Part shown: in pieces, positions 13,280 to 26,849 of the stretch
Position numbering within the stretch: the first letter of the stretch is position 1
Layout of the letters: every line of letters starts with the position of its first letter
Origin: the human T2T-CHM13v2.0 reference genome, Homo sapiens
NCBI RefSeq assembly: GCF_009914755.1
Contig: NC_060929.1
Length of the DNA: 64,000 nucleotides
Strand: one strand, 5' to 3'
Translations under genes and position numbers: made by a program
The notes under the pieces: generated by a model
Databases searched by the model: none
Told to the model about the DNA's origin: nothing
The model's input: the letters and a program-made list of their open reading frames with translations, nothing else

Positions 13280-13428
13280 TCATGTATTTGTTGAGTGTCT
13301 AAGATCTAGGTTTCCTCTATCTTTGATACAGTATTGAATATGTGCTCTTGTAGGCACTGGAGATATAGCAGAGAATGAATAGACAAGTTTCTTACTCATG
13401 AACCTTACATTCTTCTGGGAGAAAGAGA
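13280..13428 (-). mobile_element. L2 fragment
   Basis: gtaggcactggagatatagcagagaatgaatagacaag...ctcatgaaccttacattcttctggga. Confidence 0.7.
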
Positions 13429-15594
13429 TTTGTGGTCATCATTGCAAGAAAATAAAATGAAAATTAATGAAGAGTTCCAGCTACTTCATGAAGAATAAAG
13501 GTTCATACATAGACACAGTGCCTCTATACACATATATTTTCAATATTCCCATAAAATAAGAAAACATAAAATGGAAAAAAAATAACTAGAATATTTAGTT
13601 TTTGTTCTTTTAATTTCCAGGAATTACTTTGGGATATTATTTTAGATTCTTTCAAAAGTTTTCAGAATATTATTTTAAAGGCTTGTTCCTACTAAAACAT
13701 ATCTGTTCTTAGTAAGACAAAAATTTTAAATACTGAGCTGTGAGAGATGAATTCTTAGTGAAGAACATAAACATTAACCCACCCCATCAGAAAAGCAGTA
13801 CCAAGAGAAATTGTGTCAGTTGGCAAACAGGCACCAGGGCATGTACCCTGAGTATATATAGGTTGGATGTGTAAAGGTAGTATTCACTACCAAGTTGCCT
13901 CCAAAATCTCTTGAAATTGTGGGGTCCACACTCAGCCTTTCACTACCACTATATAGAGAGAGTCACAAACAAATGCCTTTCTAGATTTAAATAGAAATTA
14001 AAGGGGTGAAGGGAAGGATGAAAAACATATGAGCATCTGTGAGCCAAGCTGCCACTTTCACTCCCCCTCTATGCTCTTGCACAAAGACATATTTCATTTG
14101 AGAGTGTGAATATATGTGTGACCAACAAGAAAGCTGAGGATTTTCAAATCAGCCAGCAATCCCTGGGCCATTTCAGCTGTGTTTCTATTTCACAGAGCCT
14201 CTTGGGGACAGCTGGGAGCAGGTGTGAAGTTCCAGTTTATTAACAAGTTAAGTCAGTGTTGCTGTGCATTTTGAGGGGCCTAATAGACTGGCCAATCTCC
14301 ATGAATATAGAATAGCACTGCACTGGGAAGACACACAAAAAATGAAAATACTACCTACTGTTATTACTATTACAAATGGCACCTGTTGGAGATGTACTAT
14401 ATTCCGGGGACTGTGCTGACTCTGATGAATTATGATGTTCATTAAATGTTTTAGATAAATTAGTAAAGTTTTCTTCTGGATGAAAAACATTGAGAAATTA
14501 TAGTTGATGCTGAAAATCCAACCCGTATCAAAGAGATGCTCTAGGTTGTCTTCCCCACATATTGACTTTAATTTCTTGTTTGCTTTGCAAATGGAGCTTA
14601 AAATTTGGGGCATGTTGTCTGCTGAGTACAGTGTGACCCATGAGGTTTGATTAACCATGAAAAGATTTCAGAGGCTATAATCTCTGCCATGGCAGGTGGA
14701 ATGTTAATATTATTTATTTTTACTTTATTTTATTTTTACTGGGCTTTGGGAGGGTACCAGAAGGAAGGAAATAGAACATAAAGTAGTAGTGTTATACAGA
14801 ATTTTAAGAAAATATTTAGTATCATTCCTTAATTTTCAACTTAAAATGAGGACCAAACATAGTCTGATTTTTTATGATCTCCTGTATTTCCTTTTGTATT
14901 CAGGCTTTTGCTTCAACCATCTGGCTATCAACACATGGTTTTCAAGCCAAATAAAGTTCATCTAATGTTCCTTTTCAGAATTTTTTGCCTACATATTCAG
15001 TTCATAGGAGTGGGAGACCAGTAAAGCTAAAGCAGTCACCAGCCTTTTTGTAATCCACAACCATCAGGGATCACATCCAGGCTCAGAACCACAAGTAATC
15101 CTAATTGTAGCCAGTGGGAATTGGTTTTAAAACTCAGAGGTGTTAAAGATTAGATCCACAAAAATTGCATGATGGCACTGGGCTATAATAAAGGATTACT
15201 TATGAAAAGAAAATAGATGTGAATAATAATTTCTCATTATCTTGACTTATGTTTGTCTCACACTCACATGACTGAGTCAAAAATGAAGCTTTTCTATGCA
15301 CAGTTGTTATTTGGGGGAAAATGCAGGCTGCTCACCACTGGATTTCTGAACATTTAGCCTGCTATTGAAAAATATATAAAGTCCTTTTATAAATTTATCC
15401 GTTTCTTTTATAAACCAGGAGAGTGGTGCAAACATAAAAGCACCAAGGAGAGTCATAGGAGCCAGCCAGCTTTCACGAGGAGAGACTATGGAAACCAATC
15501 TGAGAAGACTTGAGGGAAGCATGTGAACTCTCTCGAAATACCTGAAAGCCTATCAAGGCTTGTACTTTTGTTCCCAAGGAACAGTAATGATAAG

Positions 15595-15720
15595 TGTTCT
15601 ATTTATTGTTGAGTACCCACCAGTATCAGGCACCAGGCAAGTGCTTTTAATACATTATCTCTAATTTTTATATCAACTACGAAGTAGATAAGTTTATCCC
15701 ATTTAATAAGTGAATAAAGG
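15595..15720 (-). mobile_element. MIR fragment
   Basis: ttgagtacccaccagtatcaggcacc...gtgcttttaatacattatctc...atcccatttaataagtga. Confidence 0.65.
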
Positions 15721-15812
15721 GGGAAGGAGTGGTACACAGAGTATACACAAAGTGCTCAAGCTGCTCACCCAAACAGACATTCCAATCTAGGTCTCTCTCT
15801 ACCTCAGTAAGT

Positions 15813-16630
15813 CACAATTCCACCTTTCCAGTTGCTCAGGAGACACCTTTGAGCCCTTTGACATCCTAAAGCTAATCCTTCAGCTGATTACATCTGCTCT
15901 ACCTTCAAAATATATTCAGAATCTGGATAATTCCCACCACCTGCACTATTGCTAGACTGTTCTAAACCCATCCGTGTTGTTTATTACACAGGACATCACA
16001 TCCATGTTACTAATTTTGTACCTTCCTCCTAATGGCCTCCCAGCTTCTGCCCACAGCCCCTGGTGATCTACGTTTAACACAGCAGCTAGGGTCATCCTTG
16101 AAAAACTAAGAGTTTTTCTCCTCTGTTCAAAAGTATCCAAAGACACCCTAGCTTAATACGAATAAAAGCCAAAGTTATTATTACAGTTACTTGTATAAGA
16201 CCCTACCCAATCTGGGTTCTGTTATTTCCCATCTCCTTGCTCCTCCTCAAATACCCTGGCTCGGGGTCTTGGCACTTTCTGCACCCTCTTGCTGGAATGC
16301 TCTTTCCTGAAACATCTTCATAGCTCACCTCACTTCCACCTCCTTCAGGACATTATTGAAGTGTTCCCATCCCACTGAGGCTTTCCTGACTACCAGATTT
16401 TAAGTTGCAACCTGCCTATCCAGTGTTTTTTTCATAGCACTTGTTACCATTCAACAGACCATACATTTTTTTTCAATCTTTGCTTTTCATCTGTCTTTTC
16501 TTCTCCTAGTACAATACAACTTCTATGAAAGCAGGGATTTTTTTCTATTTGTTTACTTTCTGTCTGTCTAGTACCTAAAGCAGTGTCTTGTACCTACCTG
16601 GCATTCCATAAATGTCTGTTGAATAAATTA
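15813..16630 (+). mobile_element. L2 (L2a-like) 3' ~0.8 kb
   Basis: ccagttgctcagg...ctctaccttcaaaatatattcagaatc...cctcctaatggcctccc...aacacagcagctagggtcatcc...ataaatgtctgttgaataaat terminus. Confidence 0.88.
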
Positions 16631-19337
16631 CTATGTCACAAGACCATGAGGCCCCACAGACCCAGTCTGGCTTGAAGAGATATATCACTAAGCTAGAACC
16701 CTTAATGTTATGGGAACACAGGCTATCAAAGCTTAAAAGCACCTCAGGATCATCTAATTCTCCCAATAAGACCAATGGAGAATCACTAAAGGAAGATACA
16801 GAGATTTTTTTTTTTTACAATAACTTCAAAAATATAACAGAGCTATGTGAAGTCAAAATAGACTGCACAACCACACAAGGGAGTCAATGTGGGAGAAAGG
16901 GGAAGTGTTAAATTCCTAAACTTAAAAGACCTTCCTAAGCCTGGAATTCCATAATTCTCAGACTTACTCTACCTTGGGCTGACCTCACATCCCAAGCTCA
17001 TAACATTTTCTCTGCTGGATTCTCTGAACTATGCTCCCCACATACAGGGCATAGCACCATCTGTTTATAAAAAACAGAGATTGGCTTCTCCAGGCATGAG
17101 CCTAAGTTCGGAGAATAAGTGAATAAATATCCCACTGTGTCCCAGGTCCTAGGGCACAAAGAAAGTCAGGGGCCAAAGGGAGTCTTTTGAGAGAGTTGTA
17201 AGCAAGGCATCAGGACAATGCAGTTGTCTTTTATGACAGGTATAACTGGTTTCCTTGTCTCTGCAGGAATGTGAGCAGAACTTTCTAGGAGACACTTAAA
17301 GGGCACATACAATCCCTAGAAGTTTCTGGAAGATGCTATGACTGATAATTCTTCCCCATATCTAGTACCTCATAAATGATCTCAAATTTTCTATACATAT
17401 ACAATCAGAAAAGTGGTGCTTTCATTTACAATATGTTGTCTTTTACCCAAGATTTAGAAAACATTGAAACTTTTTTTTAATTAAGGAATAAGAATTCAGT
17501 AAGATCACAACCTTTGCCCAAGAAACTCTATACAGCTTCAACTCCCAATTAAACTTTCTCATTTTTAACAGTCATGGCTCTCTAAATTCCAAGGCTTTTG
17601 CCAATGCAGAGAACATTAAGTACGATTGCCCTCTGGTACTGAACTGAAGCAGAACTAAAATTCTTAAAATTATATTTCATCCCACACTGCAGAAGTTCCC
17701 TTTTGAAGCCAACATAACTCACATATCAAAACCTCCAATGAAAGACTTTATAGGCTGTGAGATACAACTAATTGATTTCAGAAGCCTTACTAGGGATTGC
17801 ATTTTTACTTTTATAGGCCTGAAAAAAAAACTGTTCTTAAAACAACTGCATGGTTCTTCAAGTTACTAATTTAATTACACTGTTTATTGCACCCAAAGGA
17901 TCCACAAAGGCGCAAATGTTTCGTATTCTCTTTTTCTCTTGTCTTTAAACCAAAGATAAATTATTTCAAAGGCAAATTTGACTCCTGGATGAAAGATAAA
18001 CAGAGGACTGAATCTCACAAGGAACTCTATGAATAACTGGATTATTAAAAAATTATTCAATATTATAAGCTTCTTGTTATAAATAAATAAGCATTAAAAT
18101 ATGAATAAAATAAATACTTGAAGGACCTATATAACAGATGAGCTGAGATTTGGAAGCATTTTGGATTCTCTGCTATGTTATTATTTGAAAGTGAAAGCGG
18201 TAAAGGTTAAATTGAAGACCCTACCTACAATGGCAAAAACATTCTTCCATCTTTGTTTATAGACTTAATTGCTTTGAAGAGTCATGATGTGTAAATAAGA
18301 CAATTGGTAGGAAATAGATACCATATTTAATTATTGAAGAGAGCTATTTCCTTATCATACCTAGTAAGTATTTACTATCTCTGTATTTAAAAGCAATGTT
18401 ATCTATACTGTTTTACTTTTGCAATAAAGAAAATGCTATTAAATGCTATTTTCTCTCAGCTTTCTATACTGACAAATCTTACATGTTCAGAAAATGCATC
18501 CTAAAAAATTCAAGATGTTACTTTTGTACTTATTTCTAGAAAGAAGTATCTCATTTAAGAACAAGAGAATGGACATGAGAATACTAGCAGAGATAAAGGA
18601 TGTCCATGTGACTTGAGTTTAAGATCAATACAGCAGGCAAAGTCTGGAAGAAAAGGTCTTAGGAAAGGTGCATGTGGCCCAAGCTGAAGGCATTTGCTGA
18701 TGAAATCTTAGCCAGAGCTCTGTGTGGCATTCCAAGGAGTAGTATCTGGCTCTCCAGCAAAGAGGATAGGGAGGAGTGAGGACACTATCCTTCCTATCTA
18801 CAAAGCCACCATGGAAACAGTCTTCAGATAATCAGAGCACAGAAATCAAGGACATTTTGTCTTTCTTTGGTTGAGACTTAAAGGTGAGTCTTTAGATTCA
18901 TCTAAAACAGATGAATCTAAAACACCTGCCAGAAGTTCAACTATTTGGACGTACATGGTTAAAACTTATGACTGTAACTGTCACCCGTGGCCTTACCAAA
19001 ATAATTTGGCACTTACTTTTACTTCAACTTGAGGTAAAAGGAAATGGTTTCTAAATCTGTAGTGCTGGGTTTTTGCTTTGTTTTATTTTGTTTTCAAATA
19101 AACTCCAGGAGAGAGAATAAATGCTGAAGACTTCCATATAAATCATTTCCCTTATGTTTACATTTAACTGCCTGGCTACATTCATCTAATGAGTTTAGTC
19201 TGTTTTCTCTTTGCAAGCTCAGCATGGTTATAAATACAATAAAGAACAGCATGTCTTCTACCATCACTAGTCCCAAAATAGGCTTCAAGTGAAACACATT
19301 ACAAAGATTATATCCCTCTTTAAAGCTGTCTTATTAT

Positions 19338-19455
19338 CTATATATATATGCAATATATATAACATACGTATTTGTAATATATATTGTATATTTATTTGTA
19401 ATATATATTATCCACAAATATGTGTACATATATAAATGTGTATATGGATATACAC
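19338..19455. repeat. TA-rich low-complexity tract
   Basis: Degenerate (TA)n with a tatttgtaatatata duplication. Confidence 0.8.
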
Positions 19456-19959
19456 ATTTTATTTCTATTAATGAAAACTAGTAGCCATCTTTCCCCAATC
19501 TGGATTGACTTTATTAAGCCATCTTGGAATGGAATGACAAAGCAAATGGGCTATGTCTTCTCTCTTGTCAGTACGTCACTTGTTGGGTATGTCTTCCTTG
19601 AATGCTTTGACAAGAAATGGCTAATGAGAAAATCTGAGGCCTTGAGTTTTCTTCGAAGTGCAGTCACCTGTTCCCTGTCATAATTAGTGTCTTTTTGATC
19701 TTCAGCTCATTGCTTCTTGACAGCTTACTCCTGTCTTGTGCATACATTTTCAAATAATGGTGGTAGGCTACTGAACCACTTTTAATCTGTGAAAATCAAT
19801 GTGTCCTTAATGATACTCCAATAGAGAAAGCTGGAATATCTTATTTGTCAACACTTGAGACATTGGTTAAATGAATTACCTTTAATACTGGTAACTTACA
19901 GGAAATATTGAGCTTTCCAGTAGAAAATACATCTTAAAGATGACCAAGTAGCCTCAGTT

Positions 19960-20760
19960 GTGAGCAACAACTCTAATATTAAAAAGAATGCCAGCTAATA
20001 TATGTAGAAGGAACGACAGAAATAGTAAGTTATTACTTTGTAAACTTTAATAAAAGTATTGACTTAGGCAGGAAGTATCATATGGTATTAAAACCATGGG
20101 TAAAAAGGTATGGATGGACCAGACATTGTGTAGTGCCAAGATAACACCACATAGACTACTTCCTGGCCGCAAGGGGAAAATGCAACATTATAGTGGACAA
20201 TCAAGAAGTCATTAACATACGCAGTTATAGTGATATGAATGGTGGGAAACCCAGATATTATATGTTCCCTGACATAATGCAATATGGAGTACCTAAGATC
20301 AGCTAGTATGTACTCTTACCAAAATATTGACCATAAACTAATCAAGCTTTTTCAGAAGGATGCAAGACATATCCAGAAAAATGAAATATTTTTCAGGACA
20401 AATGACCCTCTCTTTTCAGGAAGTCGGGACTATTCTAAACTAAAAAAGATTTAAGTTATACAAAAAAAAAGCAACTTATTGTCCTAATTAGATTCTGCTA
20501 TGAACAAACCAGCTGAAAGAAACATTTTAGGGAAAATTTTAAGAAATTTGAATATGGAATAAGTATTAGATGATATTCAGTGATTATTGTCAATTTTGTT
20601 AGGTATAATAATTCTATTTTGGTTATAAGAAAATGTTACTTTTTTACAGATACATAGTAAGGCATTTATGAATATAATACCATAATTTCTATACTTTTTC
20701 CTTAAAATACCTAAGTATAGTAAAAAATGAGTTGAAAAGAAGTAAAGCAAAAATGAAATT
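19960..20760 (+). mobile_element. Old L1 (L1MC-like) 3' region
   Basis: atgaacaaaccagctgaaagaaacattttaggga...aaatttgaatatgga...tattagatgatatt...aattttgttaggtataataatt typical of L1MC/ME 3'UTR. Confidence 0.7.
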
Positions 20761-21011
20761 CTTTCTTTCTTCAGAATAAGCAAATGCAAGCAGCAGATGA
20801 CATCCTCAGATGACATAGTTCTGGCCGATGACTTCCTAATAAAATTTCTAAATGTCCTCTGCACTATTAATATTGCCTTAAAAGAGTGATAAATTCTTTT
20901 CATAAATAGGATATGTAGTCTCTCTTCCTTTATTCACTGTTTTTCAGAAATAAGTCAGGAGAACACTCAGTTAAGCATTGTTCTCATTCTCTTCCTTTCT
21001 CTATTCTAAGA

Positions 21012-21198
21012 CAGTGGTACTCAAAGTGTGGTCCTTGGAGAAGCAGCATCAGCATTGCCTAAGAATGTACTAAAAAGGCACATACTGGGTCTGCTCCAGG
21101 CCCAGCAAATCAGAAACTCTGGGGGTGGAGCCCAGCCAGCTTTGTGCATTCTACCCTCCAGGTGATGCTGATGCACACTGAGGTTTGACTGGTCATCG
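21012..21198 (+). mobile_element. MER5A hAT-Charlie MITE
   Basis: cagtggtactcaaagtgtggtcc...agcagcatcagcat...aatcagaaactctgggggtggagcccagc...ccctccaggtgatgctgatgcac; 8-bp TSD-like ttctaaga/ttctagag. Confidence 0.9.
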
Positions 21199-21786
21199 TT
21201 CTAGAGAGCTCCCATTTCTCCCGGGGTAATCCATTTCATCACTGCTAAGTTGCCTGCAAACTAGAGATAAAATATAGTAAGATTCCAAATTGTAGAATTT
21301 ATACATAATTTTTATTCTTTTCTATCAAAGTCTTTAGCCATAAAATGAGAGAGTGAGAAAATAATATTTGTTACATTTGATATTGCATTATGTTTACAAA
21401 ACAATATTTTAGACATTATTGAAAACAATGAACTTGTTCCATGTAGTCACTGTTATACTTTCCAGACTCCAGGAGAACCTTCTACTCTCTACTGCAAGGT
21501 GAAATACTCCCATTTTATGAGCTACAATTTGTGACGCAATTTGAATGATGCCTGTCTTCAAACACTTCACAGATTACCTACTCACAGTGTTCTAATTTTC
21601 TAGTGGTTTGCCTTGTCTCCGCAAGAAACAGTATATTTTGAAGACTGGTGACCATGTCTAAATGCTGCAAAACCCAGTGCATCCCATATGACTTTGAGCA
21701 CTCAGTAAATATGAGATTCTGCAATGCTGATGCTTTCCTAATATTAGTGGAAAGTCAGAATCCTGAGAGATTCCATAACACCATCA

Positions 21787-23288
21787 TTTTCTTTTTTTTT
21801 TTTTAATTTAACTTTATGTTCTGGGATACATGTACAGAATGCGCAGGTTTGTTACATAGGTATGCATGTGCCATGGTGGTTTGCTGCACCTATCAACCCA
21901 TCATCTAGGTTTTAAGCCCCGCATCCATTAGGTATTTCTCCTAATATTCTCCCTCCCCTTGGCCCCCAACCCCCTATAGGCCTCAGTGTGTGTTGTTCCC
22001 CTCCCTGTGTCCATGTGTTCTCATTGTTCAACTCCCACTTATCAGTGATAACATGTGGTGTTTGGTTTTCTGTTCCCATGTTAGTTTGCTGAGAATGATA
22101 GCTTCCAGCTTCATCCATGTCCATACAAAGGACAGGATCTCATTCCTTTTAATGGCTGCATAGTATTTCATGGTGAATATGTGCCACATTTACTTTATTC
22201 AATCTATCATTGATGGGCATTTGGGTTGGTTCCATGTCTTTGCTATTGCTGCAATAAACATACGTGTGCATGTGTCTTTATAGCAGAATGACTTATAATC
22301 CTTTGGGTATATACCCAGTAATGGGATCACTGGGTCAAATAATATTTCTGGTTCTAGATCCTTGAGGAATCACCAAACTGTCTTCCAAAATGGTTGAATT
22401 AATTTACATTCCTACCAAGAATGTAAAAGTGTTCCTATTTCTCCACAGCCTCACCAGCATCTATTGTTTCTTGACTTTTTAATAATCGCCATTCTGACTA
22501 GCATGAGGTGGTATCTCATCGTGGTTTTGATTTGCATTTCTCTAATGACAAGTGATGATGAACTTTTCTTCATATGTTTCTTGGCCGCATAAATGTCTTC
22601 TTTTGAGAAATGTCTGTTCATGTCCTTTACCCACTTTCTGATGGTTTTTTTGTCTTGTGAAATTAAGTTCCTTGTAGGTTCTGGATATTAGACCTTTGTC
22701 AGATGGATAGATTGCAAAAATTTTCTCCCATTCTGTAGGTTGCCTGTTCACTCTGTTGATAGTTTCTTTTGCTGTGCAGAAGCTGTTTAGTTTAATTAAT
22801 CCCATTTGCCAATTTTGGCTTTTGTTGCATTGCTTTTGGTGTTTTAGTCATGAAGTCTTTGCCCATGTCTATGTCCTGAGTGGTATTGCCTAGGTTTTCT
22901 TCTATGTTTTTTATGGTTTTGGGTTTTACATTTAAGTCTTTAATCCAACTTGAGTTAATTTTTGTATAAGGTGTAAGGAAGGAGTCCAGTTTCTGTTTTC
23001 TGCATATGGCTAGCCAGTTTTTCCAGCACCATTTATTAAAAAGGGAATCCTTTCCCCATTGCTTGTTTTTGTCAGGATTCTCAAAGATGAGATGGTTGTA
23101 GAAGTGAGGTGTTATTTATATTGTCTTGGCTATATGGGCTCTTTTTTGGTTCCATATGAAATTTAAAGTAGTTTTTTTCTAATTCTGCAAAGAAAGTCAG
23201 GTAGCTTAATGGGAATATCATTGAATCTATAAATTACTTTGGGCAGTATGGCCATTTTCACAATATTGATTCTTCCTATCCATGAGCA
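21787..23288 (-). mobile_element. L1PA8-like 3' 1.5 kb, with a ~135-bp internal deletion near 23118
   Basis: Poly-T, antisense 3'UTR with tttaagccccgcatccattagg diagnostic; ORF2 C-terminal remnants (ORFs 22542-22805 and 23163-23387). Confidence 0.92.
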
Positions 23289-23289
23289 G

Positions 23290-23405
23290 GTAATCTCAAC
23301 ACTTTGTGGGGCTGAGGCAGGAGGATCACTTTGAGGCCAGGAGTTCAAGACCAGCCTGGGCAACATAACAAAACCCCATATCAACAAAAAATAATAATAA
23401 TAAAA
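23290..23405 (+). mobile_element. FLAM/Alu left monomer, 5'-truncated
   Basis: gtaatctcaacactttgtggggctgaggcaggaggatcac...ggagttcaagaccagcctgggcaacat plus (aat)n tail. Confidence 0.88.
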
Positions 23406-23514
23406 TGCACTTCAGTGTATAGGCTTAATTAGGCTGCTAATAGAATATGTCCCCCAGAACAAACCATCTACATCATGGAGGTGTGTGTGTTTGTGTGTAT
23501 TAGGGGTGGTAACA

Positions 23515-23680
23515 GGATATGTGGATTGTGGATTAAAAGCATTGGGCTTGAATTGTAGCTCCATTAATCAGGCAATTTATGTTACATTTTTAAATATATC
23601 AATAAAATTAACATTAGAGGGTTACTATGAAGATTAAAGGTGGTATTATTTGTAAAAACCTTGAAACAATAATTGCACAT
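23515..23680 (+). mobile_element. MIR, degenerate
   Basis: gggcttgaattgtagctcca...agggttactatgaagattaaa...tgtaaaaaccttgaaaca...gcacatag. Confidence 0.55.
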
Positions 23681-23714
23681 AGAACAAAAACAAAATAATC
23701 AGTGTAACAGCATT

Positions 23715-23940
23715 CACATTGCACTGACTATATGTAATGCAATGCTCTACGAGGTTTGTATACAGTAACATATCAAATACTCACAACAAATCTATGAGGT
23801 GAGTACCATTACTATCTCTGTTTGACAGAAGATGAAACAGAGGCTCAGAGAGGTCAAGTCACACTACTCCAATTCTATACCATTACAATGTTTTAGAACT
23901 GAGATTAAACCCCAGACTCAATGGTTCTAAAATCTGCACC
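23715..23940 (-). mobile_element. MIR
   Basis: ctcacaacaaatctatgaggtgagtaccattactatctctgtttgacagaagatgaaacagaggctcagagaggtcaagt. Confidence 0.85.
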
Positions 23941-23976
23941 CAAGATTATCATCTCTGTAAGAATAATAATAATCTG

Positions 23977-23977
<1 letters not shown>

Positions 23978-24022
<45 letters not shown>
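23978..24022. repeat. (TTA)15 microsatellite
   Basis: Directly read; it explains the poly-Leu ORF 23921-24109. Confidence 0.97.
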
Positions 24023-24023
<1 letters not shown>

Positions 24024-24458
24024 GTGGGAAAATGTGTATGCTAACATGGTTTCATCAACTATGTAACTTCATATATTTATATATATATTATTTAATTTAT
24101 AGATATTAAATAATTGGATCTTGGACCAAATTGCCTATAAACAACCTCACCTGTTTTTCTTTTTGATGGCCTCATAAACTACTAGTGCAAGGTGCTGGAA
24201 AAAAAATGTAGATTGAAGCAGTAAAGTGCAAGACAAACAAAATGAAAAACCTAACCAAAGTTTAAATATTCTCCGAAGATACATAAATAACTGTAGTTTC
24301 TTATGTGTCTTAAAAGCAAACTAAGTAGGTCTTATCACACATATGAAACTTTCTTAAGTTATAGTATTAAGTATTGTAGCTATTGCCACCCAAAATACTT
24401 TTGTTAAAATGGGGTCAGAGAGTAGGTTTGATAGATTTCAAAGATTAAAATATAGCAC

Positions 24459-24534
24459 TTGGGACATACTTATACTAAAAAACATTCATTGCACATGTGA
24501 AATTCAAATTGAACCAGGTATTCTGTATTTTATC
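24459..24534. mobile_element. MER53-like hAT MITE, one arm
   Basis: ttgggacatacttatactaaaaaa...tgaaattcaaattgaaccagg...ctgtattttatc. Confidence 0.75.
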
Positions 24535-26241
24535 CTAGAGTCAGAATACATGTAATTTAAACTTTAAAGATCGGTATATAGAGTGTTTATGAACCCTACC
24601 AATTATTAGAAGCTTGAGAAAAAAGGGTCCAGAAGGCTGTCTTTAAAATAGCTCTATATCTTGGTCTTTTAGTGAAGGATATCCTCTCCATATTTCTAAA
24701 GTACAAATCAAAAATTATGAACAAAATTAGTATGATAAAGTCCTGCACTTATTTATGCTTCTTTAAAAGAGAGCTCAACACACTAGATTAAAAGATAGGT
24801 TTTGAAACTCCTTTCCATAAATTCGTCTCAATCAGAGTAGGTCTTTCTGGACATTAAATTAAATGCCGTCAATTCCATGGCAGCCAACTTGTCATCCTGA
24901 GACAGTCAACATAAAACTTTACCTATACAGAAATATCGCTGAAAGCAGTATTGTAGATCATGTGACAATATAGATCACTGAGGAAGAAACAAATGCATCA
25001 TTGGAGGAAAAAGTGCAGGAGAGAAAGGACAGCAGCAGAGAAAAATCTTGATTTTGTCAATAAAAACAACTGCCTTGAATGTCATGTTTTCCATTGAAGC
25101 TGAAATTAGAACTAGGCTGGATGTCAACTGTGTTGCAAACACAATTTTCTGAGCTTGTGACACAGAGCAGGTTGTGTAGCTCTATTTTTCACTAGTGATC
25201 TATCATTTAGCCAGCGCAACTCCAAGCCAAAATTTTCATTATTGTGTGCCAGCCCTTCCAGTGGAGACACCACCTTGTTTAAAACACAAAAGAGCCACGT
25301 TTGGGCTGCGTGTCAGGCAGCTGTTCCATGAAGAGAGGGTCTCATGCTGATAACCAACACAAAGCCTTTTTCGAGCCTTTGCAGGTGCTCATGTTCTGGC
25401 AGAAAGAAAATTCTTATTTTTAATTTGTGCAATAATGGGCTTAATGTTCACCTGGCAAAGCCCTACAAAGTTTTACACATTGACCATAAAAGGCAAGAAC
25501 CATGTCTTCACAACTCAATTACTTTTGCATTCTCACCATTGTTAGTGGCATTCATATAATATATAGGATATTCTGCAGTTGTTTCCAGGCTATTTCCCTT
25601 TTAGAATCAGTGGAACATGTCTGACAGCAAAACAAAACATGAATCATGATAACCACTTTGTGCAACGATTGGTATTGTAATATCAGTAGCCAAACATATA
25701 TGATACTGTACTAGGAAAATTTTCATTTATTCACGTTTATGCAAGTATTCATGTGAAAAAAATCGAGCTGTCTTCCATAAAGGCAAATGTAATGAAGGAA
25801 GCATTTGAAAGTCAGGCTCTTTCTTATCTTCCCTCAATTAACAACTCATGATATTACAGACTTAAATACTTCTTTACAGAATGTTAGTCTAGTCTATTTT
25901 CCTCTATCTTTTTTTGTCAACTTGCATATGGGAGATATTTTACTCCATTACAACTATCACATTTTTAAAAATTGCACGTGGGTGTATTTTGTACTAAAGA
26001 ATATTATGTTGTTGGGAGTGAGTGTATTTACTTATAACGACAGTGTTGTTATAATTTCACTGTCTAAACAAAATCTGTATATAAATCTAAAGGTGTGCCA
26101 AATCAACAAAAAGGAAAGTCCATTTGTCTACCAACTAGAGAAAGCAGGTAACAAAATAAGTTAAAGCAGTATTTTCCCAGCGTAGATTCCCTTCACACAT
26201 CTGGTACTCTCTGTATGATCCCTAACCAGAGATTTTGTCCA

Positions 26242-26476
26242 TTTTTTAATTTATATTATTTTTATTTGACAAATCATAATTGTATTACACTTAGGGGTAT
26301 GATGTGATGTTTTACTAAATGTATACAATGTTTAATACTTGTATACAATTAAATCAAGCTAATTAACATATTCATCACCTCACTTGACATTTTTTGTGGT
26401 AATATATTTGAAACTTACTTAATTATTTTAAAATATACAACACATTATTATTGACCATAGCTACCCTGCTGTGCAA
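26242..26476 (-). mobile_element. L1MA 3' end fragment
   Basis: ttgacaaatcataattgta...attaaatcaagctaattaacatattcatcacctcac...ttgaccatagctaccctgctgtgcaa. Confidence 0.85.
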
Positions 26477-26849
26477 GAAACATTGCCAATTTCTGCCCCA
26501 ATATTTCTATCAGGTGAAAAGAAATATTCTGCATGGTTCAAAGACATCTAATAAGACAAAGTGCACAGGAGTGCTGACAGAAGTTCACAGAATGACCAAC
26601 TTGCTCCGTTCATGTCCTGCAATGAGAACTGGTTAATTTGTCTGGTAAGGACGGAAACTCGGGATAGAATACTACAGGGGAGAAATGCTCAGAAAAGGCC
26701 TTTTTTCTGAGTATAGAAAATAATTTAAGCTGCACATTATTTGGATTCATACAAAATTATCATTGGATATAATTATTACTGTAAAAACCAGTGCTGACTT
26801 TCAGTTACTTGTTTTACCCCTCTGGACTACCAAATCTTTACTAAAATAT

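Noticed and set aside
23515-23940. Inverted MIR pair as a hairpin RNA source
   Set aside because: The plus-strand copy is too degenerate for stable pairing.
23921-24109. Poly-Leu signal-peptide-like ORF (and the CV/IY-repeat ORF at 48629-48883)
   Set aside because: Translations of microsatellites.
26687-26712. ctcagaaaaggccttttttctgag terminator-like hairpin
   Set aside because: Short, homopolymer-driven, and a rho-independent terminator has no meaning in mammalian DNA.
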